Part shown: positions 9,857 through 22,607 of the stretch, piece by piece | Layout of the letters: the number at the start of each line of letters is the position of its first letter | How positions within the stretch are numbered: the stretch's first letter is position 1 | The notes under the pieces: model-generated | The model's database searches: none | Told to the model about the DNA's origin: nothing | What the model saw: only the letters and a program-made list of their open reading frames with translations | Program-made: the position numbers and the translations under genes | Assembly: GCA_038245195.1 (NCBI GenBank) | Contig: JBBRSU010000005.1 | Span: 1-52,251 of the forward strand | Direction: 5' to 3' | Length of the DNA stretch: 52,251 bases | Source: Candidatus Saccharimonadales bacterium | GTDB lineage: Bacteria; Patescibacteriota; Saccharimonadia; Saccharimonadales; UBA10212

Positions 9857-11158
9857 TTATACCGTTTCTAAGATATCTTCGACAAGGCTGCCCGGTTCAT
9901 ATTGGGTGAGTTTATGAGAATTCCAGTTATCGATTAATGGCTGTAGAACTTCCCAAGCGGCAATCACTTCCCCGCTAGACGCGAACAAACTCGTCCGGGA
10001 GCGAATGGCATCAACAATCACTTGTTCATAAGCATCGGGCAACTTATCAAAGTATTGTTCATACGAAAAATCTAGCGGTAATTTTTCTAATTTTTGGTCG
10101 TATCCCGGTTTTTTTATCCATAGTTCTAGTTCAATCGCCTCTTTAGGCTGAATCCGCATTTTCAATAAATTGGTTTGAGCCGATTGGGTTTTTTCAAAGT
10201 ATACCCGAATTTCGGTAAGCTTTTGATTTAACTTTTTGCCGGTAGTTAGCCGAATTGGGACACCATGCCAAATTGGGTCGTTAGATTTCAGCTCGAGCGA
10301 TACAAAAGTTTCGGTTTGAGATTTTGGATTATTAACTTCATGGCGATAGCCTTCATATTGGCCTTTTACTACATCTTTTATGCTAATAAGTTCCAGGGCT
10401 TTAAGGGCCGCCAGCCGGCGTGGCTGAACCATTGAAAAATCAAACACATCTGGGCAAGGTTCCATCAAAACTAAGGCTGCCAACTGCATTAGATGGCTTT
10501 GGACAAAATCACGCAAAGTTCCAGTTTTCTCCCAAAGTTCGGCTCGGTTTTCGATACCGATGCTTTCTTGGGCCACAATTTCGATTTTCTCAATAAATTG
10601 CTTATTCCAAACACCCCTAAACAAAGCATTACTGCCCAAAAAAACCGATATGTTCTGGGCCGCTTCTTTAGCCAGATAGTGATCGATCCGATAAACTTGC
10701 TCTTCTTTAAAATGCTGACTAATTTCAGCAATTAGTTTTTTAGCCGACGGCAAATCGGTGCCGAATGGTTTCTCCATTAGCAAACGGTACTTTATCTGAT
10801 TAAGCTGATTGGCTCCTAGCTGCTTAACGATCGACAAAACTGCTTGCGGAGGTACCGCAAAATAGAAGATAACTTGTTGGGTATCATTCAAATCAAGTCT
10901 GTCTTTTAATGTCTTATAATCTGTGGCCGAGTCGTAATCCATCTGATAAGTCTGAAACTGGGAAGCTAAGCTTTGGGTTTTTGGCTCCAGTACATCTTTA
11001 GTATCAAGTTTGTGCCGACTGACTCCTATTATTTGCAGATGGGCCCGCAAATCGGAGTTTTGACAGATTTCGGTTAAGGCTGGCAACAAATAACGCTTGG
11101 ATAAATCGCCACTAACCCCAAATATAACTAAAGTAGTTGGCTGCAACATCTCACTCAT
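9857..11158 (-). CDS. zwf: Glucose-6-phosphate 1-dehydrogenase
   Basis: IFGVSGDL, MEKPFGTD, YRIDHYLAKE. Start moved to ATG 11158 (MSEML), 7 nt below a TATACT box. Confidence 0.93.
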   Translation of the reverse strand: MSEMLQPTTLVIFGVSGDLSKRYLLPALTEICQNSDLRAHLQIIGVSRHKLDTKDVLEPKTQSLASQFQTYQMDYDSATDYKTLKDRLDLNDTQQVIFYFAVPPQAVLSIVKQLGANQLNQIKYRLLMEKPFGTDLPSAKKLIAEISQHFKEEQVYRIDHYLAKEAAQNISVFLGSNALFRGVWNKQFIEKIEIVAQESIGIENRAELWEKTGTLRDFVQSHLMQLAALVLMEPCPDVFDFSMVQPRRLAALKALELISIKDVVKGQYEGYRHEVNNPKSQTETFVSLELKSNDPIWHGVPIRLTTGKKLNQKLTEIRVYFEKTQSAQTNLLKMRIQPKEAIELELWIKKPGYDQKLEKLPLDFSYEQYFDKLPDAYEQVIVDAIRSRTSLFASSGEVIAAWEVLQPLIDNWNSHKLTQYEPGSLVEDILETV

Positions 11159-11216
11159 AATAATAAGTATAACGCTTCTTGAATGACCCCCTCTCAAACT
11201 GTTATAATTAATGGGA

Positions 11217-11300
11217 ATGCACAAAAGGTGTGATACAGCGACCAAGCAATTATTTGCTCAAGCCGCTCTCGTTTTTATGGGAGGAGGGCTTGTAGGATGA
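11217..11300 (+). CDS. Putative 27-aa small ORF translationally coupled to atpB
   Basis: MHKRCDTATKQLFAQAALVFMGGGLVG*. ATG is 8 nt below TATAAT (11203-11208) and its TGA overlaps the atpB ATG (ATGA). Confidence 0.4.
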   Translation: MHKRCDTATKQLFAQAALVFMGGGLVG

Positions 11301-12112
11301 TGCCTTTTTTTGGCTTGGAAACCGAACCGCTCAACGCTCAACGATTGTTTAGCATCGGCCCGCTAGACATCACCAATGCCATGCTCTTTTCAGTAACCAC
11401 TGCCGCTTTCACTGTTGGCCTCTTACTTATGGCCGCCCGCTACAGCCAACTGCACCCCAAATCGCGCTTGGCCTACATTATGGAGCTTTTAATCGATTTT
11501 ATTTGGGCCACGGCCATCGCCACCTTTGGTAATCGCCGTACGGCCTTGAAGCATTTGCCATTATTAGCCACCCTATTTACTTTTATATTAGTCGGCAACC
11601 TCACCGGCTCTGGCCTGTTGCCCGGCGTCGGCACCATTACCGCTCATACCGGCGGTGTTACCGAGCCATTGCTAAGGCCTTTCACCACCGACCTCAACGC
11701 CACCTTGGCGATGGCCATCCTGACTATTGGATTGGTCCAGTTTTACGCTATCAAGACTCTCGGTATTAAAGGCCATATCAAGCACTACTTTGCCAGCCCG
11801 ATTTACAATCCGATGAATCTATTTATCGGCATCAACGAAGTTTTTGGTGAAATACTCAAGATAGTCACGCTGTCGATGAGGCTTTTCGGGGTTATATACG
11901 CTGGCGAAGTATTGATAAACGCCGTGGCTCAATTAGGTGGGAACTTCGGCTGGCTGACGGCCGTTCCAACTGTTCTGCTTGAGGTGTTTTTCTCAGTTAT
12001 CCAAGCTTACGTGTTCATGATGCTTAGTGCCACCTACCTATCGGTAGCCATCGGTGACCAGCATGAGCACGAAGAAAAATCGCCCGCTAAGGCCAAGGTT
12101 GCGGCGGCTTAA
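11297..12112 (+). CDS. atpB: F0 ATP synthase subunit a
   Basis: PFTTDLNATLAMA, essential Arg in LSMRLFG, IQAYVFMML; GGAGG upstream. Confidence 0.95.
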   Translation: MMPFFGLETEPLNAQRLFSIGPLDITNAMLFSVTTAAFTVGLLLMAARYSQLHPKSRLAYIMELLIDFIWATAIATFGNRRTALKHLPLLATLFTFILVGNLTGSGLLPGVGTITAHTGGVTEPLLRPFTTDLNATLAMAILTIGLVQFYAIKTLGIKGHIKHYFASPIYNPMNLFIGINEVFGEILKIVTLSMRLFGVIYAGEVLINAVAQLGGNFGWLTAVPTVLLEVFFSVIQAYVFMMLSATYLSVAIGDQHEHEEKSPAKAKVAAA

Positions 12113-12133
12113 TTAAAGGTAAAAGGAGTAACT

Positions 12134-12352
12134 ATGAACCATGTAGACCCATCATTAATTAAAGGACTGGCCATCGGCCTAGGCGCAATCGGGCCGGCTA
12201 TCGGTGTCGGATTAATTGGTGCCTCAGCTGTTGGAGCCATTGGACGTAACCCCGAGATGCAAGGTCGAATCTTATCAACCGCCTTCGTCATGGCCGGTTT
12301 GGTCGATGCCGTTTTGGCCTTCGTCCTGTTAATCGTTTTCACTACCAGTTAA
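12134..12352 (+). CDS. atpE: F0 ATP synthase subunit c
   Basis: Gly-rich helix, RNPE loop, carboxylate in GLVDAV; SD AAGGAG. Confidence 0.95.
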   Translation: MNHVDPSLIKGLAIGLGAIGPAIGVGLIGASAVGAIGRNPEMQGRILSTAFVMAGLVDAVLAFVLLIVFTTS

Positions 12353-12365
12353 GTAAGGAGCCCAC

Positions 12366-12896
12366 TTGATTTTACCGGCTACAGAATTTGCGCAGTCCAG
12401 TTCCGGAGGCATATCATCTCTGGGGATTAACCTTAAGGCGTTTATATTTCAACTAATCACCTTTGTGATTGTGATGGCTATACTTCGCCGCTGGGTATTC
12501 CCTAAGTTGGTAGCTACTCTGGAAGAACGGCGAAAGACGCTGGAAGAAAGTTTAGTCCAGGCCCGACAAACCGAAGAGACTCTGCGTAAAGCCGAAGCCA
12601 AGGCCAACGAAATACTACAAGCCGCTCGGGCCCAGGCGGATACCGCACTGGCCGACGCTAATACGCGAGTCGAAGAGCTAATCGCCAAGGGCGAAACCGC
12701 CGCCGGCGAGCGGGCGGCTCGGATTATCAAAGAGGCCGAGGAGCACCTAGGACAAGAACGCGATCGACTTCATGGTGAACTTCGGGCGGAACTATCCGGT
12801 TTAGTAGCAACTGCCACCGAGAAGATTTTGAACAAAACGATTGATGAGCACGCCGACCGAGCTTTAATCGAACAAAGCTTAAAGGAACTGGCCTAG
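12366..12896 (+). CDS. atpF: F0 ATP synthase subunit b
   Basis: N-terminal TM helix (FQLITFVIV), LEERR coiled coil; TTG start after AAGGAG. Confidence 0.92.
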   Translation: MILPATEFAQSSSGGISSLGINLKAFIFQLITFVIVMAILRRWVFPKLVATLEERRKTLEESLVQARQTEETLRKAEAKANEILQAARAQADTALADANTRVEELIAKGETAAGERAARIIKEAEEHLGQERDRLHGELRAELSGLVATATEKILNKTIDEHADRALIEQSLKELA

Positions 12897-12897
12897 A

Positions 12898-13290
12898 ATG
12901 ACAAAGTTATCCAGACGCCAGCTAGCCGTTTATGGAGCCGACCAGCTTTTAACTAATAAAAGTCCGCACCAAGTGGCCAAAGAATTAGCCTCGGTATTGG
13001 TCAACAGCCGACGCCAAAACCAGGCTGAATTACTGGCTGACGATATTGGCTGGGAGCTAGAACGGCGAGGCCAGGTAGCTAATGCCAATATAACTTCGGC
13101 CCGAGCCTTAAGTGAAGCTTTGCTTAAACAAATTAGCACTCACATAAAACAGGCCGCCAAAGTCCGCAGTGTGATTATTAATCAAAATATCGACAAATCA
13201 GTGATTGGTGGCGTACGGATCGAAACTGCCGCCCATAGTTGGGACAAGACCTTGCGACGGAAACTAACAGATATACGGGAGATATTTTAA
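12898..13290 (+). CDS. atpH: F1 ATP synthase subunit delta (short form)
   Basis: Operon position; ITSARAL and [11 protein letters not shown] motifs. Confidence 0.88.
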   Translation: MTKLSRRQLAVYGADQLLTNKSPHQVAKELASVLVNSRRQNQAELLADDIGWELERRGQVANANITSARALSEALLKQISTHIKQAAKVRSVIINQNIDKSVIGGVRIETAAHSWDKTLRRKLTDIREIF

Positions 13291-14833
13291 TGGCGCAATC
13301 AGAGTTTAATGTTAAAAGTTTAGCCAAGGAAGTCCAGGAGGCGATTGGTGGCCTTAAAGAGCACGGCGAAGAACAATCGGCCGGAGTCGTAACCAGGGTC
13401 GGTGATGGCGTAGCTTGGGTTTATGGTTTAAGGGGCGTAGGTTACTCTGAAATGATTGAGATTGAAACCACCGACGGTGGTAAGCTTACGGCTTTTGCAC
13501 TTAATTTATTAGAAGATGAAATCGGAGCAGTTTTGCTTGGCGAAGACCAGCAAATCCGAGCTGGTGCACGGGTGCACTTAACCGGCAAAATCTTGTCAGT
13601 ACCGGTTGGGCCGGAGTTGGTTGGACGAGTAGTTGACCCGTTGGGCCGACCTTTAGACGATAAGGGCGAAGTTAAAACTAAATTGTTCGGTGAAATTGAA
13701 AAGATGGCACCCGGAGTAATTGAGCGAAAAAGTGTACATGAACCACTGCTTACCGGCTTAACCGCCATAGACTCGATGGTGCCGATCGGGCGGGGTCAGC
13801 GCGAACTTATCATTGGTGACCGCCAGACCGGTAAAACCGCTATCGCCGTAGACACTATGATAAACCAGGCCAAGCAGAAGACTGGAGTTATCAACATATA
13901 CGTGGCTATTGGACAAAAAAATGCTAAGGTCGCCCGACTGATTGATAGATTGAAGCGTGAAGGCGTAATGGATCAGTCGATTGTAGTTGCTACCTCAGCT
14001 GCAGACCCGGCCAGTTTACAATACTTAGCCCCTTACGCTGGTGCCGCCATCGGTGAATATTTCCGCGACAACAAACAACACGCTTTGATTATCTACGACG
14101 ATTTATCTAAGCATGCCAATGCTTATCGTCAGATGTCACTGCTACTACGCCGACCCCCAGGCCGTGAGGCCTACCCTGGCGACGTATTTTACTTGCACTC
14201 GAGATTACTGGAACGAGCCGCTAAACTATCCGATAAGCTTGGTGCTGGTTCGCTGACTGCCTTGCCAATAATCGAAACTCAAGCTGGTGATGTGTCGGCC
14301 TATATTCCGACTAATGTTATATCGATTACCGATGGCCAGATTTATTTAGAAACTGACCTGTTTTATCAGGGAATTCGTCCAGCCATTTCGGTTGGCTTAT
14401 CCGTTTCCCGTGTCGGAGGGGCGGCTCAGCCACAATCAACCCGCTCGGTAGCTGGTAGCCTAAGAATCAATTTAGCCCAATACCGCGAGTTAGCCGCATT
14501 CTCGCAGTTTTCCTCAGATTTAGATGCCGAAACTCAAGCCCGCTTAGCCCGAGGCCATCTGTTGACCGAAATTTTAAAACAACCCCAATATTCTCCACTA
14601 AGTGTTTGGCAGCAAGTTGTGTCTATCTTGGCTGCCACCGAAGGTGCCTTCGACGGCCTGCCAATCGAAAATGTTAAAACTGCTCAAGCCGCCTTGCTCT
14701 CCGGCCTGGAGCAAAAGCACAAAGCAGTCATCGACAAGCTAGATAAGGGCGAGAAGCCTACTGACGAAGACAAGAAAGTTATTGTTGATACTGCAACTCA
14801 AATCGCTAAGCAGTACAAAGGTGCCGCTAAATA

Positions 14834-14834
<1 letters not shown>
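13290..14834 (+). CDS. atpA: F1 ATP synthase subunit alpha
   Basis: [29 protein letters not shown]. Start ATG 13290 overlaps the atpH stop. Confidence 0.98.
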
Positions 14835-17120
<2,286 letters not shown>

Positions 17121-17121
17121 G

Positions 17122-17547
17122 ATGATTCATTTCGAACTCGTATCTGTTAGCGGCACTAAGTTCGACCAAGAAGCCTACGAAGTTTTAATCCCAGCCCAAG
17201 GCGGCACTATCGCGGTTTTTGAAGACCATATGCCCCTAATAAGTGCTGCTCAACCAGGCATAATCAGTGTTAGAAAAAAATCATCTGATCGGGACGATGC
17301 CTTGGAACACTTTGCAGTTAATGGTGGGATACTGGAAGTCGACGGCAAGAGTTTACGTTTTATAACCGACGATGTTACCGCCGACGATGAAATTACTGAA
17401 AAAGAAGCCGAGGCCGCACTGGCTAGAGCTGAAGAGTTAGTGGCCAATGCTGGTAACCAGGTGGCTTTGGCGGAAGCTCATCGGCTATTAAGCCATAGTC
17501 GGGCTCAACTAAACATTTCAAGACTCAATCGCCGCCACCACAGCTAG
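17122..17547 (+). CDS. atpC: F1 ATP synthase subunit epsilon
   Basis: GTIAVFEDHMPLIS, AVNGGILEV, C-terminal helices; last gene of the operon. Confidence 0.93.
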   Translation: MIHFELVSVSGTKFDQEAYEVLIPAQGGTIAVFEDHMPLISAAQPGIISVRKKSSDRDDALEHFAVNGGILEVDGKSLRFITDDVTADDEITEKEAEAALARAEELVANAGNQVALAEAHRLLSHSRAQLNISRLNRRHHS

Positions 17548-17575
17548 TACGAAAAAATATTGATACAATTAGTTC

Positions 17576-19291
17576 ATGTTAGTGCTTATTTTGGCATTCA
17601 TAGCCGGTGCCCTGACTGCATTGGCTCCTTGTGTTTTGCCATTACTGCCAATAATTATTGGAGGTTCTCTCAGCGGATCCAAAAAAGATAAATCACGCCC
17701 GATTATTATTGCCACATCTTTAGTTACATCGCTATTCATTTTTACAATTCTTCTCAAGGCAACCTCGTTACTAATTAATGTTCCACCTCAAACCTGGATA
17801 TACATATCCGGTAGCATTGTTATCGCTCTTGGTATTGCTAGTTTATTGCCTGAACTATTTGAAAAAATAATCGGTCGACTGGGCTGGCAGGCCAACTCAC
17901 AGCAGTTCTTGGCTAGCGGACAACGCAAAAAGGGTTTGCTCGGACCAATACTAATCGGTGCGGCCCTTGGACCAGTTTTTTCAAGCTGTAGCCCCACCTA
18001 TGCTTTTATTTTAGCGACCGTTTTACCAAGAAATTTTATAAGCGGGCTGGTCTATATAATCGTTTACTGTCTGGGATTAGTTATAGTTCTGATGTTAATT
18101 TCAATCTACGGCCGGCGCTTTATTGTACGCTTTAAATGGGCATCGGATACTCACAGTATATTTAGACGAAGTCTGGGAATATTGTTTATTGTTGTAGGTG
18201 TTTGCATTATTTTCGGCTGGGATATCAAGGCCGAAAACTGGCTCAATAATCACAGCCCAGTCAATATTACCAAAATTGACCAGAGATTAATCGAGCAGAA
18301 CAATAAAGCGTCTAAAAAAAGTAAGCTTGTTAAGCAGTTGCCGATAGATACAAGTAACCCAAGTCTATTTAACGTTGTGCCTACGCCGGCACCGGAATTT
18401 ACTGGTATCAGCTCCTGGATTAACTCTAAACCATTAACTCTAGTCAGTTTGAAAGGTAAAGTTGTGCTGGTCGATTTCTGGACTTACTCATGCATAAACT
18501 GCGTTAGGACCCTACCCTATATTGAAAAGTGGTATGAATTATACAAGGACAAGGGTTTTGTAGTAGTTGGGGTCGAGGCACCAGAATTTAGCTTTGAAAA
18601 AGTGCCAAAAAATGTCCAGAAGGCCGTGATACATGACCATCTTACCTACCCCATCGCTATAGATAGTAATCTTTATACTTGGAGTGCCTATAATAACCAG
18701 TATTGGCCGGCTCACTACTTGATAGATAGAGATGGGATAATCCGCAGCGACCACTTTGGTGAAGGTGATTATGCAACTACTGAGCAGGCTATTCAAAAAT
18801 TACTCGGCGAGTCATCTCCCCTAAGTGCTAGCTCGGATAATCCGCCGGCTAATAGTAGTATCAGCCCAGAGACTTACTTTGGAATTAATCGACGCCAGGG
18901 TTATGTTGGAACTTCAGTCCAAAAAAATGGGTTGGATATCTATACCCAGGCCAATAATCTTAATGTTAACGAATGGGATCTGAGCGGTAGTTGGCAAACC
19001 TATGCCGATAGGATCACAAGCTCTCAGGATGGTTCAACTCTCCGGTTTCACGTTCAAGCTAAAGACGTCTACGTGGTCGTTAGCACGACGGACGGTCAAA
19101 ATAAACAAATTAAAGTTAATGCCGATGGCACTTCATCATCCTGGACAACATCCGACGACCCTAATGGTCTTTTGAATCTCAGCAACTCCAGCATTTATCA
19201 TTTAGCCGCTTTTAGTTCTGTTCAAGATTCAACAATAAGCCTAGATATTCCATCTGGAGTTTCTTTGTACACTTTCACCTTCGGGGGATAA
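17576..19291 (+). CDS. dipZ: DipZ-type protein (CcdA/DsbD membrane domain, thioredoxin domain, C-terminal beta domain)
   Basis: LAPCVLPLLP and FSSCSP TM cysteines; DFWTYSCINC; SPETYFG and YTFTFG. Confidence 0.88.
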   Translation: MLVLILAFIAGALTALAPCVLPLLPIIIGGSLSGSKKDKSRPIIIATSLVTSLFIFTILLKATSLLINVPPQTWIYISGSIVIALGIASLLPELFEKIIGRLGWQANSQQFLASGQRKKGLLGPILIGAALGPVFSSCSPTYAFILATVLPRNFISGLVYIIVYCLGLVIVLMLISIYGRRFIVRFKWASDTHSIFRRSLGILFIVVGVCIIFGWDIKAENWLNNHSPVNITKIDQRLIEQNNKASKKSKLVKQLPIDTSNPSLFNVVPTPAPEFTGISSWINSKPLTLVSLKGKVVLVDFWTYSCINCVRTLPYIEKWYELYKDKGFVVVGVEAPEFSFEKVPKNVQKAVIHDHLTYPIAIDSNLYTWSAYNNQYWPAHYLIDRDGIIRSDHFGEGDYATTEQAIQKLLGESSPLSASSDNPPANSSISPETYFGINRRQGYVGTSVQKNGLDIYTQANNLNVNEWDLSGSWQTYADRITSSQDGSTLRFHVQAKDVYVVVSTTDGQNKQIKVNADGTSSSWTTSDDPNGLLNLSNSSIYHLAAFSSVQDSTISLDIPSGVSLYTFTFGG

Positions 19292-19413
19292 AATCCAATT
19301 AATCAATCGCCATTTAGCAGGCGGGGCGCGCCTCTCAAGAATTTTTAGGTAATATATTTAACTATTGCCCCACTAATGTTTACTGAACAAATTAGTCTAA
19401 GCAGGCAGGTCTT

Positions 19414-19422
19414 TGCTATAAT
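19414..19422 (+). promoter_or_regulatory. Extended -10 promoter for the RRM gene
   Basis: TGcTATAAT about 120 nt above the ATG. Confidence 0.55.
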
Positions 19423-19543
19423 ATAGCTAAGCAAGTGGTTACTATAGCCTCTCCGTTGAAGTAATTAGTTCTTTGTAACTTAGTTTCTCTCGGTTAGATA
19501 TTACTTAACGCGAGCGACATTATTTAATAGAAGGAAATTTAAT

Positions 19544-19834
19544 ATGACAAAAAAACTATACGTAGGTGGCTTGGCTTACAGCGTCACCGAGCAGGAATTA
19601 GAAACATTATTCGCCGAAATTGGCAAAGTTACTAGTACGGCCGTTATAAAAGACCGCGATACTGGCCAATCAAAAGGCTTTGGTTTCGTGGAAATGGAAG
19701 ATGATGCAGCTGCCGAAAAGGCTATCAAAGAGCTGAATGGTAAAGAACTCAGCGGCCGTTCTATCATGGTCAACGAAGCTCGTCCGCAAGAAGACCGACG
19801 TTCCGGCGGTGGTGGACAACACCGATCATACTAA
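19544..19834 (+). CDS. RRM-domain RNA-binding protein
   Basis: RNP2 LYVGGL, RNP1 KGFGFVEM, Gly-rich tail. Confidence 0.95.
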   Translation: MTKKLYVGGLAYSVTEQELETLFAEIGKVTSTAVIKDRDTGQSKGFGFVEMEDDAAAEKAIKELNGKELSGRSIMVNEARPQEDRRSGGGGQHRSY

Positions 19835-19947
19835 ACCCCTATAAAAGCTAGCTGGTCCTACATCTATGGCGTAGTTAACTGGCTATTTGATCTCGTGTGT
19901 CTAATGCATCGAGACTATCAACTAGCTTTAAACAATCGGATACGAAA

Positions 19948-21006
19948 ATGATAAAAATTAACCAACATATTGAGATAGTGTCATCTACATCGGTGGGGCT
20001 AAGTTCAATGAGCCAGAAATCACGTCTAGCTGTTTTGGCCGTATTGGCTAAGTACTATACAAAGGTAGGGGTCACAATCGTTAACAATTTATCAGACCTG
20101 GAAGAGCTGGTGGCAGATCAACCTGATCTTGTTTTTTTAGGTATGAAGTTTATTCCCCATGACACGAATGTTGGTCGAAAGGACCCGAATAAAATCTGGT
20201 TAAGCGAATATCTAGACTGCAACGGCATAGCCTATACCGGTTCGAATAAACCAGCCCACGAACTCGAATCAGATAAAGCCTTAGCAAAGCTACGTATGGT
20301 TAAAGCCGGACTTGATACATCGCCGTTTGTAGTAGTCCGAGAAAAAAGTACCCTTAATCCGCGAGAACTTGCACTTAAGTTCCCTGTATTTATTAAACCG
20401 ACGGACCGTGGTGGAGGAGCAGGTATCAACTCAGCTTCGCTGGCCACTAACTTTAAGGGGCTATCGACAAAAGTTGAATCAATCAGTGCCGAACTCAAGA
20501 CCGACTCATTAATAGAGGAGTATCTGCCAGGCAGAGAGTTTAGTGTGGCAATAATCAAAGACTTAATTTCAAATGAGTATAACGCGATGCCAATCGAGTT
20601 AGTTGCTCCAAATAATAAAAACGGCGATCGATTTTTAAGTTCGGAGATAAAATCTGGCGATCTAGAAACTGTTAAAACTATTGTTGATGGTTCACTCAAA
20701 ACCAGAATTACTGAACTAGCAATTAATGCCTTCCATGCTTTAGGAGCACGAGATTATGGCCGCATAGATATTCGTCTAGACGAATTTGGAAAAGCTCATT
20801 TTCTAGAAGCTAACCTTATGCCCAGTCTTATCGAAGGTTATGGTAGTTTTCCCAAAGCCTGCCTGTTAAGCATGGAGATGGGATTCGAGACAATGCTTTT
20901 AAGCATCGTAGATTTAGCTCTATCGCGTGCTTTACGGGCTGATTCTCGGAACCTCGATATGAGGGTAAGCCTTGGGGTGCCGAAGCTCATGCCTGAGGCA
21001 ATATAA
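19948..21006 (+). CDS. D-Ala-D-Ala ligase-like ATP-grasp enzyme (divergent)
   Basis: AYTGS, FPVFIKP, IEEYLPGREFSV, DYGRIDIR, FLEANLMPSL. Start at ATG 19948 is inferred. Confidence 0.8.
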   Translation: MIKINQHIEIVSSTSVGLSSMSQKSRLAVLAVLAKYYTKVGVTIVNNLSDLEELVADQPDLVFLGMKFIPHDTNVGRKDPNKIWLSEYLDCNGIAYTGSNKPAHELESDKALAKLRMVKAGLDTSPFVVVREKSTLNPRELALKFPVFIKPTDRGGGAGINSASLATNFKGLSTKVESISAELKTDSLIEEYLPGREFSVAIIKDLISNEYNAMPIELVAPNNKNGDRFLSSEIKSGDLETVKTIVDGSLKTRITELAINAFHALGARDYGRIDIRLDEFGKAHFLEANLMPSLIEGYGSFPKACLLSMEMGFETMLLSIVDLALSRALRADSRNLDMRVSLGVPKLMPEAI

Positions 21007-21216
21007 CGGTTTTTGGCTCTTTTACATATACAAAAAAGTTACGCTTGAATTTAGTGAACGACTTTTTGGACTTTTATTGCAGGTCACTTTGTTCTTAAAC
21101 TTGAGGGTCCATTGATCATCAGTAACGGAGGAATACTTTAATAGACGGTAAATAAATCGCTAACTGAGTCGTTTTCTGGTTTAATTAAGCATAAGAATGT
21201 CAAAAATGTTTAAAAA

Positions 21217-22605
21217 ATGCTAGACAAAATTATATCAAGTAAGATGCTAAACCCCGACTATACGGGAGAACTTAAAGAGTTCGCTCGGGTCGCTTCTAAA
21301 GAGAAACTGGTTCGAAGCCTAGGTTTAGTACTTATAATTACCGCTTTACTGCTTCAGGTTGTTGCTGTAATATTGCCCAGCAAAACCTCTGCCGCAGCTA
21401 GCCCCAATGACCTTATCCCTGGTGGTGTTACCTCTAAACAACAGCTAGTTCATGACTGTCAGGTTAATACAAATAGTATTGACCGAATCTTTAATTTCTA
21501 TGGTATTGATTGTTCGGATTTGAGCAGTGGAACGGTAATTTCGCTAAACTCATTGGATTATAATAAGCGGTTGTATTCCGTTGGGCACCTAGCCTATGGT
21601 TTACCCGGCGAAACACCTGTCAATATATCAGGTAAGACGGTCTACTGGCGTCCTCTACACGCCTGGGATACCAACGGATCATCGACCTACACGGCTCTAA
21701 AATTCACCAATAGCCAGAATAAGACTTTTTTCAGCTTGTTTACCTGTGGCAACTTAGTTTCTATAGGTTTGCCGAGCGAGGTAATTCCACCCACACCTAA
21801 ACCGGCACCAACGCCAACTCCGGCCCCAAAACCAACTCCTACCCCCGTCCCTAAACCGACGCCGACGCCTAGTCCAACCCCTCTCCCAACCCCTCTCCCA
21901 ACACCGACGCCGACACCAAGCCCCACATCACCGCCAACGCCGGTATGCCAATATAACTCTCAGATATTAGCGACAGACATCGACTGCAAACCGTGTTCCA
22001 GCTCAACCACTCAAGTCGACTCCCTGGCCTGTTTGATGTATCACAAAACTGCCGCTAATTTAACCCAGGCGGTTGCCGATGCCAACAATACGACCGCAAG
22101 AGCCGGCGATGTAATTCAATATAAGCTAAGTGTGACTAACAACGGAAAATTAACAGCAAAAAACTTTGTGATACAGGATAACATTGTTGATATCCTAGAT
22201 TACTCTGCTACCACTGATTTAGGTGGGGGAAGCCTAGATGCCAATGGTATTTTGAGCTTTCCGGAGACCAATGTTGAGCCGGGGGCGGTAGTCACAAGAA
22301 TTTTTTCAGTAACTGTTAAGAACCCTGTACCCACCACAGCTCCGTCTGCCGACGATCCACTAAAATTCAATAGTGTTATGACTAATGTATTCGGCGATAC
22401 AATTAATGTTAAGGTTCAGCAAGGAACTACCCAGGTTATCTTGGTAACTGCCACTAATCTGCCCAATACTGGTCCAGGCACCTCTATGTTTATCTATGCC
22501 TTGATTGCATCAGTGGCGGGATACTTTTATTCAGTCCGAAGACTACAGCTTAAAGAGGTAAGGTTTGCTCTTGAGCTGGCACGCCTGGACGGAGGAGTTG
22601 TCTAA
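21217..22605 (+). CDS. LPxTG-type surface protein with a Pro/Thr linker and DUF11-like domain
   Basis: Signal-like hydrophobic segment; PT linker; [17 protein letters not shown]; LPNTG (22459-22473) followed by a hydrophobic stretch and RR. Confidence 0.75.
   Translation: MLDKIISSKMLNPDYTGELKEFARVASKEKLVRSLGLVLIITALLLQVVAVILPSKTSAAASPNDLIPGGVTSKQQLVHDCQVNTNSIDRIFNFYGIDCSDLSSGTVISLNSLDYNKRLYSVGHLAYGLPGETPVNISGKTVYWRPLHAWDTNGSSTYTALKFTNSQNKTFFSLFTCGNLVSIGLPSEVIPPTPKPAPTPTPAPKPTPTPVPKPTPTPSPTPLPTPLPTPTPTPSPTSPPTPVCQYNSQILATDIDCKPCSSSTTQVDSLACLMYHKTAANLTQAVADANNTTARAGDVIQYKLSVTNNGKLTAKNFVIQDNIVDILDYSATTDLGGGSLDANGILSFPETNVEPGAVVTRIFSVTVKNPVPTTAPSADDPLKFNSVMTNVFGDTINVKVQQGTTQVILVTATNLPNTGPGTSMFIYALIASVAGYFYSVRRLQLKEVRFALELARLDGGVV
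21787..21942 (+). repeat. Low-complexity Pro/Thr repeat linker
   Basis: [52 protein letters not shown]. Confidence 0.9.
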
Positions 22606-22607
22606 AA

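Noticed and set aside
13046-13056. TGGCTGGGAG match to the tRNA-Gln 3' end as an att repeat
   Set aside because: Only about 10 bp, inside atpH, with no integrase or compositional shift; chance match.
21687-21942. Repetitive DNA and the antisense GV-repeat ORF as a CRISPR array or separate gene
   Set aside because: Degenerate Pro/Thr codon repeats with no constant repeat-spacer structure; the antisense ORF is a shadow. I saw no CRISPR array or cas gene in the window.
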